DNA of 64,000 nt from contig OX597815.1 in the NCBI GenBank assembly GCA_951406725.2, positions 202,120,001 through 202,184,000 on the forward strand, written 5' to 3'. A program made the position numbers and the translations under genes. This DNA comes from Octopus vulgaris (taxonomy: Eukaryota). The stretch's first letter is position 1. Every line of letters begins with the position of its first letter. The notes below the pieces were generated by a model that saw only the letters and a list, made by a program, of their open reading frames with translations, searched no databases and was not told the DNA's origin. Below are positions 11,076-25,331 of the stretch, piece by piece.

Positions 11076-13924
11076 GACTTATTCAAACGAGTAATAATAG
11101 CAATGAAAAAGCAATTCCCTTGGATTTGGACTTGTTGTTGATTGGTCTGTACTATCTAATTAAAATTTGCGCATTTGAAGAATTGTAAATATGTGTGAGT
11201 GTGCATGTGTGTCTGTGCGTGTGTGTGTTTGTGTCTGATTGCGCGCGTGTATGTGTGTACATACGCGTATGTATGTACGCCCCTGTGGGGCACATACATA
11301 CACATGTCTTTCAAAATATTGTTTACTCATTAGCAACTGTGTCTCGGAATTTGTGAAAATCATTCGTCTTATTACCTTCAATCATTAAGTCCGCCATTAA
11401 TGCACTGATGTTCCCAGGGCTTTTGTGGTAAGATCACATGGTACTACGTTTGAAAGTGTTCCCTTTCAAAATCTCTACTTTATGCTGTGTCTCACGATCA
11501 TGCTCAGTTTTTATTCATTTCAGAGATTCTGAATAAGACAAACTCTTTCGACGGGGAGCCTCGTGATTACAATGGAAACTATTGGAATATTATACCACCG
11601 GTGTTAAGCTCTTATTTGTGTGGTAGGATATATATAGTTTACCATCATTTATTACATTATTTTGGTGCAGCCAAACATATTGTTTAAAATATTTAAGGCA
11701 AATTTATTTAAATTAAATATACTTTTATCAGTATATACATTTGGAAGATAGATGCAATGCTAGAAGCACATATAGAACTGTTATTGACCGCCAATAAATA
11801 AAATAGATACTAGCTTGCCCAGATGATATAGTCTGGTGTTAGGTAGCAAAGCCATTTCAACCGAATTACAATAAGATAGTGTAATTCGATTGAAGCTACG
11901 CTGAATTCCCAATTCTTACATATATACTCATAATTATAACAGAATGCGGGAACAAGAACAACTGTAAATACATCAAATATGTATTTAAAACAGGAATCCA
12001 ATATTTTATTCCATACCCCAGTATTAGACGGAGATGTATGCAACAACTGGAAACTATTTCGGATACAAGTATCTCTACTTCTTTTTCGTGTGTGCGTAAC
12101 TGTATATGTGTGCGTTTGTATGTGTGTGTGTCCATGCTTGTATTTCTCGGGATATGTAACTATTTTATAGATGTAAATTTGTTGGCTGCAGTCTTTATAG
12201 AAGCAAATGTACGAGTTATTGACAAGCATAGCTAGGGAAAAGGGAATTGAGAAATTAACAAATATGTGAACAAATATATTCAGGGCGGAGATATATCAAA
12301 TTGATATGTATATAGTTTCTTATCATTTGTATGTTAGGAGGAATTGGAGGAGAAAAAAAAAACAATACGTCCAAGCACAGGATGTAAGATATATTTTACT
12401 GCATATATTATTAACCCATAATAAATGTCCATAATTGCATTACATTGAGAATAAAGTAAGGAAATAAAAATGTGCAGCATGAGGAATCGAAAGATATATC
12501 TGACTTAAAATCTACTGCTTGGTGAGATTCTAGAGCAGCAATAGTCACATGTATCCAACAACTATTTACTGCTATTGTATTTTAGATATATCAAATGTTT
12601 CGCTCATTAAATACGTTTTACTTGTATGCTATAGAAAACTGCCACTTCCTTAGTGATGGCCATTTCCTAGCTCATTCGGAAGAGATCTTTTATGCTTACA
12701 CTATATTAAAGAGTCGTAAGAAGTAAGTAGAAGAATACAGAAGTAGTATTTAGTAAATTATATATTGTATATATGAAATCATGTTTCTACATAAGTTTCA
12801 GTGTATGTGCATATGCTTGCTTGAATATGTGAATCCAATTCTACCTTCAACCGAAAGTAAATGTCAAAAGTTATTAACTATAACAAACGCTGAATTATCT
12901 GCTATTGAACTCAGATCAATTTTATTACTCTTTACCGCAAGAAAAGGTATTAAGAATTGTATTTCGCCATAAAATATCAATACAAGAATTTTATCAATAT
13001 ATTCTAACTTAGATTTATTCTTATTCTTCATGTTATTAATGGTTATAACCGATTCTCACAAGTAACCCGTGATGTCAATATAAAAATTTTGCTTTTAATT
13101 CTTTTGTTCTCTGCAATATATTCAATATAGTACTATTATATATATATTTTTTAAATATATATTAATTAAGATATATATAATTACAACAATATATTCTCGT
13201 CATTAAAAATGCTATTTGACTATTTCTGATGCTACGAATGCTCAAACATGTCACGTTTACTTCTTACATATCTCTATATGTAAAATACATACTGACATGG
13301 GGGCTTCAATGTGGCAATTTTTTTCTGCTAAAATGTATTTGTATAATTAGCCAAAAAATTTCGTATTGCCACGCGGTATGAAGCAAGGGCCTTTTCACTG
13401 ATATAGTCTCTGGTAAACATTGAAATAACAAAAGAACGACGTGAAGGATTCGCGTGAACATCCACTCATAATAGAGATATTTAATCACAGCAGACATACC
13501 GCCGACACAAATAGACTTGAAAATAAATAACCATAACAAAACCAGCTAAATTTCAGGTCATATATTGCTATGAGAATGTATTCTTCTTACTCTAATAATT
13601 AAAGAGTTACCTCCCCTTTTGCTTTGAACGGCTCGACTCGGAGAAACGCTGGCGTTTGAGAAAGAAATACGAACGTCATTTTCGGCATTGAACTTTCAAT
13701 CAAGAACTTATATTTTCAGTTTATACTTCTTGGACTCATGATTCTGGTGACTATTTTGCCTTGACCAATATTTGGAAATTGACTCAAATATTTTGTACTC
13801 TGTACTGCCATTATTGTCAATTTTTACTATATTTCTCAATACATTGTCCAGACCTGTTTGTTTTATTTGCTCGTTTCGAGCGTAGACTGCTTCCTTGCCA
13901 TGCAGTAACTGTAACAATATTATA

Positions 13925-14769
13925 TACGAAGTGGTATGAAAGTCTTCCCGAAATAGTTATGCTTGATGAAAAAATAGCTTATTTACCTAAGTTTTCATCA
14001 TCACCTTCGAAATAAACACCTTGCGCAGCAATACACCGGTCCGACCGTTCCTACCACATTTGGAATCCGGCCTGGAAGTCGTTTTCCGTAAGCGAGTCGA
14101 GGTCCTTCTGCAATTTACTCTAGATCTCAACTTTTGAGCTTCATTTTCATCTTGAGGAAGTCTGAAGGAGCTAAATGCGGAGCATAGTGTGGGTGTGGAA
14201 ATGATATCCAAATTGTTTTTGACGAGAAACTCGCGAGTGAGGAGAGTTCCGTAAAGAATCCAATTCTTCGCTCTCCCCAGATCCCCTGGTTTCGGTGAAT
14301 GTCCTCTCTGAAACGCTTCAAAATATCGCAGTAGAACTCTCGATTGAAGGTCTCGCTCTGGGGTTCAAATTCTCGATGTGCAATACCACATTTCCGGGGA
14401 TGATTTTAGTGGAAAATCATCCAGATTGCTCATCGCCTTCTTCAGGCATTCGTCTACTTTTAAAGTGCCCGTGCCACTCGAGACATTGCCTACGATCCAT
14501 TGCCGTAAGCTTGCCGAAGCCTGCTCAATATTTCTGTAGGAAATTCTCACGTTTTCTTTTTGTACATGTCCATAAAATAATCGAAGATTACAGCAAACAA
14601 GTGACCACAAAAAACATAAATCTCACAACTTGCGTAGTATACACAGCAGTGTCAGTCGGCACACTGCCTCATGAAGATCACTGCTAGCTCTCATTGCACA
14701 AGCACAATCTTCTTCCATCTGTTAGCTCGCTACAGAGCTAGTCTGGGAACGTTTTGATACCACCTCGCA
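13925..14769 (-). mobile_element. Internally deleted mariner element (~845 bp), a second lineage
   Basis: TIRs TACGAAGTGGTATGAAAGTCTTCCCGAAATAG / CTAGTCTGGGAACGTTTTGATACCACCTCGCA. Minus-strand remnants PHPHYAPHLAPSDF (YSPDLAP motif) and DRCIAAQGVYFEGDDENLGK*. Confidence 0.9.
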
Positions 14770-16024
14770 TTGAAGAATTGAGTTTCCCTCCGTTACTGAT
14801 GATTGGGTGTTGCATTGCTCTATTGTAATTATAAACGCAATCAATGATCACAATCAGTGTGGTTTACTTTAGATTATAACAGTAAGAGCTAGGGGAAAAT
14901 GTCACACTGAAACGGGGCATTCATGTCTCTATGTTGCAATGTGTTTAACTGCACACAACAAGCACATTTAGACAAAAACATTTTTTAGCAACTGTCACTA
15001 GGAAACATAATTGATTTCATGTCACCTCTTTGTATTATTCAATGTGAAATTCTTCGTTATTTGAAGAAAATAATTGTATTTCCCTACGTTTTAACATTTC
15101 AAAAATATTGTTTGTTTGGAAAATATTATTCCACATTTTTTCTTTCTTTTTTTCTTTACTTTTTGCAATGTACCTCTGTTGAAATTAATGCGTTGACCTT
15201 ATATAACTGGATTATTTACTGTTACTACATTGAACATTCATATGTTTGCTAACACTTTATTTACTTAGACTGATTTGTCATTGGCAGCATCAATATAAGA
15301 AATTGAATCTTATACAGTTACATTTGAAACAGTTACATTAATAAACCAAGAAGGATGAAAAATAAATGTCGTTTGAGTTTTGAAATTTGTAGAAACCTTT
15401 AAGATATTAATTGTACTTTCTTTCAGCACTTCTCCATTCAAATCCCACCGAGTTTGAAATAACAGTAAGGGGGTTTGTTGTTGTCAAGCACTAGGTTAAA
15501 TAATCGTCTGCAAATATAATAAAATTTATTTTAACATTAACTTTCCAAACGTTTTTTATATACCGTGAAATGCATTCATTTAGCCTTATATTAATTCCTT
15601 TATGACGGGAGGTTATGCGAATTGGAAATAATCACACTTATGCACCACGATGCTACGTAATGCGTATTTGTAATACAAGCTATAAATCTAATGTTGCCCA
15701 ATCCGCTTCCCTAACTTTTGAAAGTGTATTCGGATTTAGAAATGGTAGCAACAAGGTAGAAACTATCAGTCAACTGAGAAGTCTACGATCTTTTCCAAGA
15801 AAGTTGGTTAGTATTCACACAAGCGTTCAACCATCAATACGTCGACAAGTTCAGGCAAGATGACCCTTTCGGAAATACATTTACAGGTTGTCAACGGTTC
15901 CGAGTGCAAGGAGGAAGTTTGTCGGTACTATCGACCCAGTTTTTTTTTTCAAGTACTTTATTTCATCTACTCTGCAGAGATGAAAAAACAAAGTTGATCC
16001 GAGTGGAATGTAAAGATCCGAAAG

Positions 16025-16059
16025 ATTTATACCCTTTCGTTGCAAGAAAGGGTATAAAT
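16025..16059. other. Perfect 14-bp-stem hairpin
   Basis: ATTTATACCCTTTC-GTTGCAA-GAAAGGGTATAAAT followed by an A-rich run. Confidence 0.7.
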
Positions 16060-16967
16060 AAAAAAACGAAAAAATAATCCGTTTTCAAGTTTTTATTTGA
16101 TTTTCTTTACCACTTATCGGGTCTGTTCTTCGTTACTTGTGCTAAGGATTACATTTCACTCTCTTAAACTTCATATTACTCTAATTTTAAAAAAGTCTCT
16201 TTTTTTCATTGTTTCTTTTTTTCTTTTTGTGGGGGGTACTTTAAAACTTCTGCGTCGCTTTTTTTCATCAGCGGGGTTAGTAAAATAAGGAACCCCGTTC
16301 TAAAAAGCATGACATTCTGCCAGTGAAATAACGACATCAGTGAGATAGATGTATTTTGAAGTATGAGTAAAGGTCAGCCACCTGACTATATGTGTGAAAC
16401 AGTTTATGTACATTTCCCTGGTCTTTCATGAGTAAATTTTATATATCAACTTTTCGATAAAATAATGTTACATTTTTAGTGTAGTTTTACTATTTCCTCC
16501 TGGTTCTAAATAATTTTACCAAGTATAAATGTACTGAGCCATGTATCTTTTTAAAATCTACTTCGTATTGAACGTTTGGCGTTTGAATCGATATACTGAT
16601 TTTTCTAATGCTCATGAAACACCCTCTATAAGATTATTTCAATATTACATGTCCTATTTGCGTTGACTAAAAATTGATTTCGTGTCGAGTTCGTATTTTT
16701 GTACTCTCAACTTACCAGTCATTGATATTAAAAAATTCATAAAAAGTTCTGAAAGCCATTTGGGTTTCAGAAATTATATGGCAATCTTGGTTGATATGAA
16801 TTGGTGTATATACGTTAAACGAATTATACAACACACTTTTGATTTTTCTACATTAATTGTAGAAAGTTGCGGTCTAACGTACTCCTGACGTTTCAGATTT
16901 CTCTCAAAACACATGCGCATACCTACACATACTGGTGCAGGCACTTCCATGCGCGCAATTACATATA

Positions 16968-17181
16968 TATTGGTTTCAATTTTTTGCACAAGGACATCAA
17001 TTACGGGTCGGGATAAATCAATTATATCGACTCAAGTGCTCAACTGGTAGTTATTTTATCGATCTCGAAAGGATGAAAGGTAAGGTCAGCTTCGACGGAA
17101 TTTGAACTCAGAACATAAAGACGGGTGAAATTCCGCAAAGCATTTCGCCCGGTGCGATAAAGATTTTCCAACTCACCGCCT
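16968..17181 (-). mobile_element. SINE family B', near full length
   Basis: Minus strand AGGCGGTGAGTTGG...TTCTGAGTTCAAATTCC...CCTTTCATCCTTTCGAGATCGATAAAA...TTGTGCAAAAAATTGAAACCAAT; probable TTACATAT TSD. Confidence 0.85.
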
Positions 17182-17261
17182 ACAGTTACATATTAACTAC
17201 TTATTTGTTTTTGCTATATGATTAAAAAATTATGATTATTGGGTTTCACCGAATTACGTGT

Positions 17262-17570
17262 GGAGGCACAATGGCCCAGTGGTTAGGGCAGCGGACTCGC
17301 AGTCGTAGGATCGCGGTTTCGATTCCCAGACCGGGCGTTGTGTGTGTGTTTATTGAGCGAATTCACCCAAAGCTCCATGGGGCTCCGGCAGGGAGGTGGT
17401 GGCGATCCCTGCTGTACTCTTTCGCCACAACTTTCTCTCACTCTTTCTTCTGTTGGCTTGCTCGCTTAGCCAGCGGGGTGGCGTCATTTGAAGGCTAAAA
17501 CAATGTGAAGCGCATTGGGACCAGCGATGTGTAACAACATCTGATAGCCTGGTCGGTCACGGTGATCACG
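17262..17570 (+). mobile_element. tRNA-derived SINE family C head with tail type 1
   Basis: A box TGGCCCAGTGG, B box GTTTCGATTCC. Head and body shared with 21559-21941, but the 3' end (...GGTCGGTCACGGTGATCACG) is unrelated. Confidence 0.85.
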
Positions 17571-19370
17571 TTTGGTTATATAATTTCCACCAATTTGAAG
17601 TATAAATAATAATTGTCTTGCGTACATTTAAAGTATTCTTACAGACTAATATACAAAAGGAATTTGTTTTAGAGGAGGTAGAGTATATTATTAAGGAATA
17701 CGGATAAGATGTGTCACGTTCCGCATAGGAATTAAATTCGATCCTGACAGAGAAGAGTTAGCTAATAAATATTAACCAGGATCATCATTTGCTCTCGTAA
17801 TGAAGAAATGTGAAAGTATATTTAATTGCAATTAGTTAAATGAAACATATGGCAATGGAGTGAAAAGTAAATGCGATTATGGTACAACAGATATATTCAC
17901 TCCATTCTCTACATCGTTATATACAGATTGCATTTATTAGTTTCCAAATGCGAATTTGCTTCAGGTTATTTGTTTTCAACTAAGTCTTATTTCATACCTA
18001 ACAAATACATGGTAACTTAGAACTGATCACTACGGCAATATAGTAAGAGGAGTAAGAAGAGGCAGGCAACTTCACATGCATGAAGAGAGAAATGAGTACA
18101 AGTTTCCTTTTAACTGATGATGCTTATTAATTAACGTAAGGCTATACATACCTTCGCTCGGATCTGACATTCATTTGTCGGCCATGGGTTTAGAATCGCG
18201 TGAGTTTATTGATAGCGCTTTCGAATTTTTCAATTGTTAATTAAATTTATGATGTTTTCATTCTACTAGTGGGACCCGTGCACATTCCACCGATTGGAAA
18301 ATTTAAGAGGAGATATTTCAAAAGGAACGGATGATTTGCATTTTTATAGCATTCGTAGTTTAGCTTTCTTTAAATATTCTTGAAGTTCATCTACATTCAT
18401 TTCCTCACGTGTCCGTCGGTGTTGTCTTTTCCAATTTTTATTATATTTTCTTGCTGTTCCTCTCTGGTTCGTGCTCTATAGCTGCGCATACTTTCTCGAG
18501 CAGCTTCCGACCCTGTTTCTAGTGAATACAAATTTGATTTAATTAACCCATATAAATAAATATCAATTTTTTAAGCGAGCAGATAGCTGATAAATAATTA
18601 CGCTCTAAGCATGCTTTAACTGATGGTTACTATAAAAAAATAGTTCAATAAAAAACAATACTTTTCACTATCACACACCACCACAACCACCACCAACAAC
18701 AACACCAACATCTGCCTCTTTCTCTCTTTTTCTTTCTTTCTTTCTCTCCCTTAATATAACTGCCTCGCCTGTCCATCTCTACCTATCTTTCCCTTCAGCT
18801 AACATTTTAACTGCGTAATAAGTATCCCGTCCTCACCTCACGCACGTTGTTAACATTTCTCTCCCCCTATTTTTCTCTCGTTTTCCCCTCTACCTTCCGT
18901 TGATCACGTGATCATTTCGCCTAAGTGTATTAAGTGTATTACATTTTCCTCTCTCCTTTCCTCACTCCCTTCTCTCTCCCCTCTTTCTCTCTCTCTATCC
19001 ATCTCTATCTCCCTCTCACACGCTCTATCTTGCACCCTTACTCCACCTCTCTAACTACCTAATGTTTAACAGGTGGATGAACAAACAGATTACCATGTTG
19101 ATATTTGTGGTATATTTCCCTGATATTACAATGATATTTTGTTCTAAAGGCATATCATTATTTTGCATGTTTAATACGATTCGTGTCTGTTCGACTTCAT
19201 TTTCTTAGGTTAATTCATGTCAATACTGCTAAGCAAAATTTCAAATGTGACGCCATTAATGCAAGAGATTCCTATACGCATTGGAATCTGAATTATCCGC
19301 TATATCCACTCATATACAAATATATTGTCTGTCGCATAAGCATTTATTTTCTTTCAACTCCACAAATAAA

Positions 19371-19428
19371 TATATATATATAATATATATTTATGTATAT
19401 ATATATATATATATATATATACATACAT

Positions 19429-19511
<83 letters not shown>

Positions 19512-19514
19512 TAT
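19371..19514. repeat. (TA)n/(CA)n compound microsatellite
   Basis: Seen directly in the sequence. Confidence 0.9.
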
Positions 19515-21558
19515 ACTCTCACTTTTAATACGCTTCTTTGATTTACATTTTCATATTTTGTTTTGGCTATCACCAATATTCAGCTAGAATTACTTTAACT
19601 TTGATGTTTCTTTCTAGTACTGAACATTTCACCCAAGTGCAAGTCTACCCAATGTCATTCCGTTTTAATGTCTCTACTTTAAATGTAGACATTTACTGCC
19701 TACGTTCTACTGACATTTCGATTTTCTCAGCCATATATCTTTATTAATTACTTAGTCATTGTTGCAATGGTATTATTTTAAAACATTTCTCCGAAAATCT
19801 GATAAATCAGTAGATAGTTGATTCGTATAAACATAGACCGATATTTTACTCTCTCAGTATTCGTTAATTCCATCTTTGAACTAAGCATAAAAATCCTGCA
19901 CTTGTTTTCTTAATAATACAACTTATTTTTCTAAGTTGTTATTCTATCTGTCTTTTTCTAAATTTCTTCTAGCTTCCAATTTATTTCATAGCCCGATATT
20001 TCTGTGTGGAGATCAAAATATATGCTAGTTCTCGTTTTATTTTTGACATCTATTTCATCTTGTTGATTTACCCCGAGTTCTCCACAATATTGCTTTTGGA
20101 TCTCTTCTCATTTCAGGTGATATTGTCTTTGTATAGATGATAAAAATACGTTATAATTTTTGTAGTGTGTTATATTGAAAATTCATTTTCTTTCTTTTGT
20201 TTCCATTCTGAAAGGCCATTGTTTCAAAGTTGTATTGATTATGGTTGTCATAAGCGTGATCTTTTCTGTCAGAAAACTACCGAAATGATTCCTTTCATTC
20301 ACATAGTTCATGTCAGAATTTAGTTGCTACTCTCTAACATTTATAGCTCTGTAAAAGTTAAGGGATGTTTGCCACTGAAAATAACTGAAACATTCTATTT
20401 TCTTTACACAGTGTTCCACATGCAGTTTCTACTAACTGCAGTCCGATCTATGTCAAATAATAATACTGAGTATCACGATTGTTTAAGTCCACTGATTTCT
20501 CTGATTATAGGCGAAACCTATAAGGTTATACAAATCTTCATCGAAATTATTACATGTGTACAACTTACACATTTAGGCAGGCGTTGCAACTTACCGAAAA
20601 TATGGTTTTGCTACGTAACCTACACAAGTATTACTGCTAAAACTTTTTTTACATGCACTTGTGCACAATATTTCTTTGTTTCTATAAAAATGATAACACA
20701 TGTATTTCTTTAAATGTATTTTGTATAGTAGTCATATCTCAGCAATATGTATTACGTTGCCTTTATTTTGTGATAAATAAAATGCATTTAATACTCTCAG
20801 GATGGTGAGTGTGCGAGTGTGTAGGCTCAGTGCATATACGTGCGTATGTGATTATATTTTATAGCAAGTACAATTTACCATTAATAAAAGACAATCGGAA
20901 ATAGAGCTAAACTAATACTGTGAGAATGTACATATTGCAAAAAACCCGATAGGAATAAATATACAGCTATGTCCGCCACGGTATCTTGTACTCTTACCAT
21001 GATATCATAATATTGATTATATTTATTGACTTGTGATGAACCCAACACACACGTGCACGACTACACATACACACACATGCACACAGCTTTATTACCCAGT
21101 TTTCTATGTATTGGACTACATTAACGGATTTCTATAATTTGCAAATCCGCTCACAGTCTTCCGATTACGGCTCATTGTCTCACCGATTCCCCCGCTATTT
21201 CTTTTACACAATGCCATTTTTTTGTAATTAGTATAAGTAGAAATCTATTTCTAGTATATTCTCGCTACCATATACTTTCTTAGAACATAATCCCGCATTA
21301 TATTCAATCAAATGTGTTATTAGAACAACAGTGAGGAAAGGATTTTGTGAGGACTACCTGAGGTTACTGATATCTATTCAAGCAATGTACATCGATTAGA
21401 GCAGTTGTTTCATCCTCGCACCTCAAACCAAAGTACATGACTTGCACATAAAAGACAAAGTGAAATATAAATACGTTAAATTCATTGGAATTTTTTCCTT
21501 TTCTCCTACAATCATCCTATAAACTTTAGCTGAAACATACTCCCTATATATCATTCTG

Positions 21559-21941
21559 TGGAGGCGCAATAGCCCAGTGGTTAGGGCAGCGGACTCGCGG
21601 TCGTAGGATCGCGATTTCGATTCCCAGACCGGCCGTTGTGAGTGTTTATTGAGCGAAAACACCTAAAAGCTCCACGAGCCTCCGGCAGGGGATGGTGGTG
21701 ATCCCTGCTGTACTCTTTCACCACAACTTTCTCTCACTCTTTCTTCCTGTTTCTGTTGTACCTGTATTTCAAAAGGCCGGCCTTATCACTCTCTGTGTCA
21801 CGCTGAATATCCCCGAGAACTACGTTAAGGGTACACGTGTCTGTGGCGTGCTCAGCCACTTACACGTTAATTTCACGAGCAGGCTGTTCCGTTGATCGGA
21901 TCAACCGGAACCCTCGTCGTCGGAACCGACGGAGTACTTCC
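21559..21941 (+). mobile_element. tRNA-derived SINE family C head with tail type 2; 13-bp TSD
   Basis: TSD ATATATCATTCTG at 21546-21558 and 21942-21954; A and B boxes present; 3' half shared with 24996-25331. Confidence 0.92.
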
Positions 21942-22130
21942 ATATATCATTCTGCACAAACCCGTAGTCATTCGTTATGTTTTGCTGCAGTACAAGACAA
22001 GGTTTTTATCCTTTATATTACATCTATGAAGGCCGGATTAAGTTGTATATTTATGTTTTATTAACGGATACTCTATATCTGTGTAGGTAGAAAATATTCT
22101 TCTTTCAATATATTTTTCACATACGCTAAT

Positions 22131-22245
22131 CCCCACTGCGTCGCATCTTGGGCAAGTGTCTTCTGCAATAGCCCCGGGCCGACCAATGCCTTGTGAATGG
22201 ATTCGGTAGACGGAAACTGAAAGAAGTCTGTCGTATATATGTATT

Positions 22246-22276
<31 letters not shown>

Positions 22277-22504
22277 ATGTGTGTGTTTGTGTGTCTGTGT
22301 TTGTCCCCCTAGCATTGCTTGACAACCGATGCTGGTGTGTTTACGTCCCCGTCACTTAGCGGTTCGGCAAAAGATACCGATAGAATAAGTACTGGGCTTA
22401 TAAAGAATAAGTCCCGGGGTCGATTTGCTCGACTAAAGGCGGTGCTCCAGCATGGCCACAGTCAAATGACTGAAACATGTAAAAGAGTAAAAGAGTAAAG
22501 AGTA
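22131..22504 (+). mobile_element. SINE family A, 5'-truncated
   Basis: Starts at CCCCACTGCG and ends with the (AAAGAGTA)n tail. Confidence 0.9.
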
Positions 22505-22779
22505 ATCAACGAAATTTTCCCTCCAGGTACTGATGAACAATCATTTATATAACTTGTATCTAATGTTTTCTAAACAACAATTTAAATGTTTCACGTAGTT
22601 GTCGTTGAGTTCAAATACTTCTGTAACTTAAATGTGGGCAACGCTGGTTTTTATTCTCCATTTAAAACAAAGCTTCTGAATCAGAGCCAGAAAATGTTGC
22701 CATCCTCCTGCAGTTATCATCATCACTCACTCGTGTCTCTGATTCGCTATGAAATTTCAAACCACGCCATGACCCACCA

Positions 22780-23800
22780 TGATCCAGAATATTCACGAAG
22801 TAATTTCGCTTCTATAACACAATACAAAGAAATTCTATTTGACCGCGATCCACGAGTGTCTCACGAGCATCAATACAGATGTTGCATATTGCATACGACA
22901 CATCACTAACAACTCACCTCTGAAATACAATTATTTAACATCCATATGATCTTGCATCTCACTGCGTACACATTAAATCTTCGGATACAGGCTGCAATGA
23001 GCATGCAAATATTTCTCTGGGAAATTTACTCACTAACTACACAGAATGGCACTGGGAAGCTAGTAACCCTACTTCAAAGTGATAGGAGGTGCATACTATA
23101 TTTGGCTGACAAAAGAAACTATTTTCATGGATTCTCTTCACCCAGAGACCTAGAAACAGCTAGGCTTTCTGTTCACACTTGCCTGAAAAGAAAGATGCAA
23201 TTTGTTTCTGCGGACTAAATGATAGTTATAAACATTCGAGCAACAATAAATACTTCCCACCTTTACAGTCTGACTTTTCGACACAATGTTTACCATATCT
23301 AATTTTACATACAAGCGCACAAACACGCATGTGAACCTACATATCCTCATATAGCTTTCAGATTTCACGAGCAGTACAAACCCTCCTTCCACTCCCTGCA
23401 TATATATCAACCCTCACACCTCTCGTACCCAAGTCATAACTTCATTTTCCAGGCATATCCTGAAGTCACACCGGTTTTCTTTTTGTGCAACAGGCACAGC
23501 TCTAGCATGTTTTTTTTTTTTTCATTTTGTTATTTTCATAATATCCACTGGAAAACTAGACTGAGTTTCTGATAAACCTGTAGGACAGATGTCACGTACC
23601 AGACGGTTTAACATAGCCCACTAGAGGATAGTTTACATAGATTCTGACAGAGTGATACCACAGATCTCGTCACTTATACACGCAGATAATTCACCTTTAT
23701 AAATTCTGGGGCTTCGGAATTCCTTCCCAGCAAGGATATATCATCCTACGTATTGAAGATGTCATAGTGTTGCATCTGATTTTAGGAGCTCTACGACTAT
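22780..23800 (+). pseudogene. Possible highly decayed LINE ORF2 (APE-endonuclease region, CR1-like)
   Basis: Only weak translated echoes (NISLGNLLTNYTEW resembling IxGDFNxHxxEW; GIPSQ-like segment); many stops. Confidence 0.25.
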
Positions 23801-24995
23801 TCTATTTAGACATGGCGTCTTACCAAAGTTTAGTTGAACTATTGCTAACAGTACTTCCCCAATTTTAAGAATGTTACCCAGATGCGTCAACATGTATTTT
23901 TGTAGCAATAAATTGACAATCTCTATGTAAACCCCGACAGGGTTGAAGAAAGGATCAGAAAAGTTCCGTTTCTATCATTTTAATAAGTTTATTTAGGTTT
24001 TCAAAAAGTGTATGTCTATCTTTCGAATGCACAACAATACGGAAGTTTATTAATCCTTAAATTCTTGTCTAAGTACATAAAAAACCTTGCGATCGATTCG
24101 TTTAAATGTATTTAAACGTGCGATGTGGTTTGTGACAGTCATGTATTGTCAATCTTAATTCTCACCGAAATGTTGTTGTCTCTGACTCTAATTCTTTGCC
24201 TGTTGTTAAATAAAACCTAGTCACTTGATTGTTTTACCACCAGCAGCTGGTAATATTTCGTTGTTATCGTTGTCAAACGAGTCACTGTGTACCTTTCTTT
24301 GATACCCAAACATTGTGACACCCAAAAGTATATAGGTGATTCTTGAACTTCTTTCACGTTCTATCAAAAAATGGCCATCATTTGGCATGTATTATACAAA
24401 ACATTTCAATATATCTGATTCAGAAAAATTAATCAGCGTCAACTTGCTTCTTATTAATCCGAAATTTGAACTTAGCCCTTACTAGTTTATGTTCACTGCA
24501 ATAGTTCGCACTGTATTAAACTAGTAGCGTATCAGACTTTTCAGTGAGGATAAACTCAAGCACATGCTCTTTGAATGTGAATGTATTTATGAATAGCGTC
24601 AAAGAGAATTCCAAATTTCAAGTTGTTTACCAATGTTATCAAGAAAGTGGGTTGGTGTAGAAGGAAAGTTACAATTGATTGATTATTGAAAAGAAAAGTT
24701 TTTATCCTCAATTCGCTGAAAAGTTGGTGCTACACTGAAAGATCAGAGACACAGCGATTATGTGCTTGAGGAGTTTTTAATTCCATTTTTTGATCTTTTA
24801 TGTTATATGGCCGCCTTAAATTTTCTAACACATTAGTAAATTCATTGTCTCCATCTAATACTAACTTTTGCTTTCCTAATCCAGAATATTGTGAACCCCG
24901 AGGAAGTTTCTATCAAATGTTCTTCACCAGAAAACAAGGTTCCCGAAAGCGCGGCTGGGTCTATGTAAAGACATTGCGGTTCTTTAGTAACACAT

Positions 24996-25331
24996 GAAGG
25001 CGCATGGTTTAGTGGTTAGGGACGGACATTCGGCTCATGATCGTAAGGTCGTGAGTTCAATTCCCGGCGGCGCGTTGTGTCCTTGAGCAAGACACTTTAT
25101 TTTCACGTTGCTCCAGTACACTCAGCTGGCAAAAATGAGTAGTACCTGTATTTCAAAGGACCAGCCTTGTCACACACTGTGTCACGCTGAATCTCCCTGA
25201 GAACTACGTTAAGGGTACACGTGTTTGTGGAGTGCCCAGCCACTTACACATTAATTTCACGAGCAAGCTGTTCTGTTGATCGTATCAGCTGGGACCCTCG
25301 TCGTCGCAACCGACGGAGTGCTTCTTCCTTC
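24996..25331 (+). mobile_element. tRNA-derived SINE family D head with tail type 2; 7-bp TSD
   Basis: TGGTTTAGTGG A box, GAGTTCAATTCC B box, GTTGTGTCCTTGAGCAAGACACTT core; TSD AACACAT; 3' half matches 21758-21938. Confidence 0.88.

Noticed and set aside
17262-17335. tRNA-like sequences (also at 21559, 24996 and the family A/B heads)
   Set aside because: They have no complete cloverleaf or acceptor stem, continue into repeat bodies, and several have TSDs, so they are SINE heads.
18130-19170. Possible Helitron-like repeat with CT-rich tracts
   Set aside because: No definable termini or hairpin could be fixed from the sequence alone.
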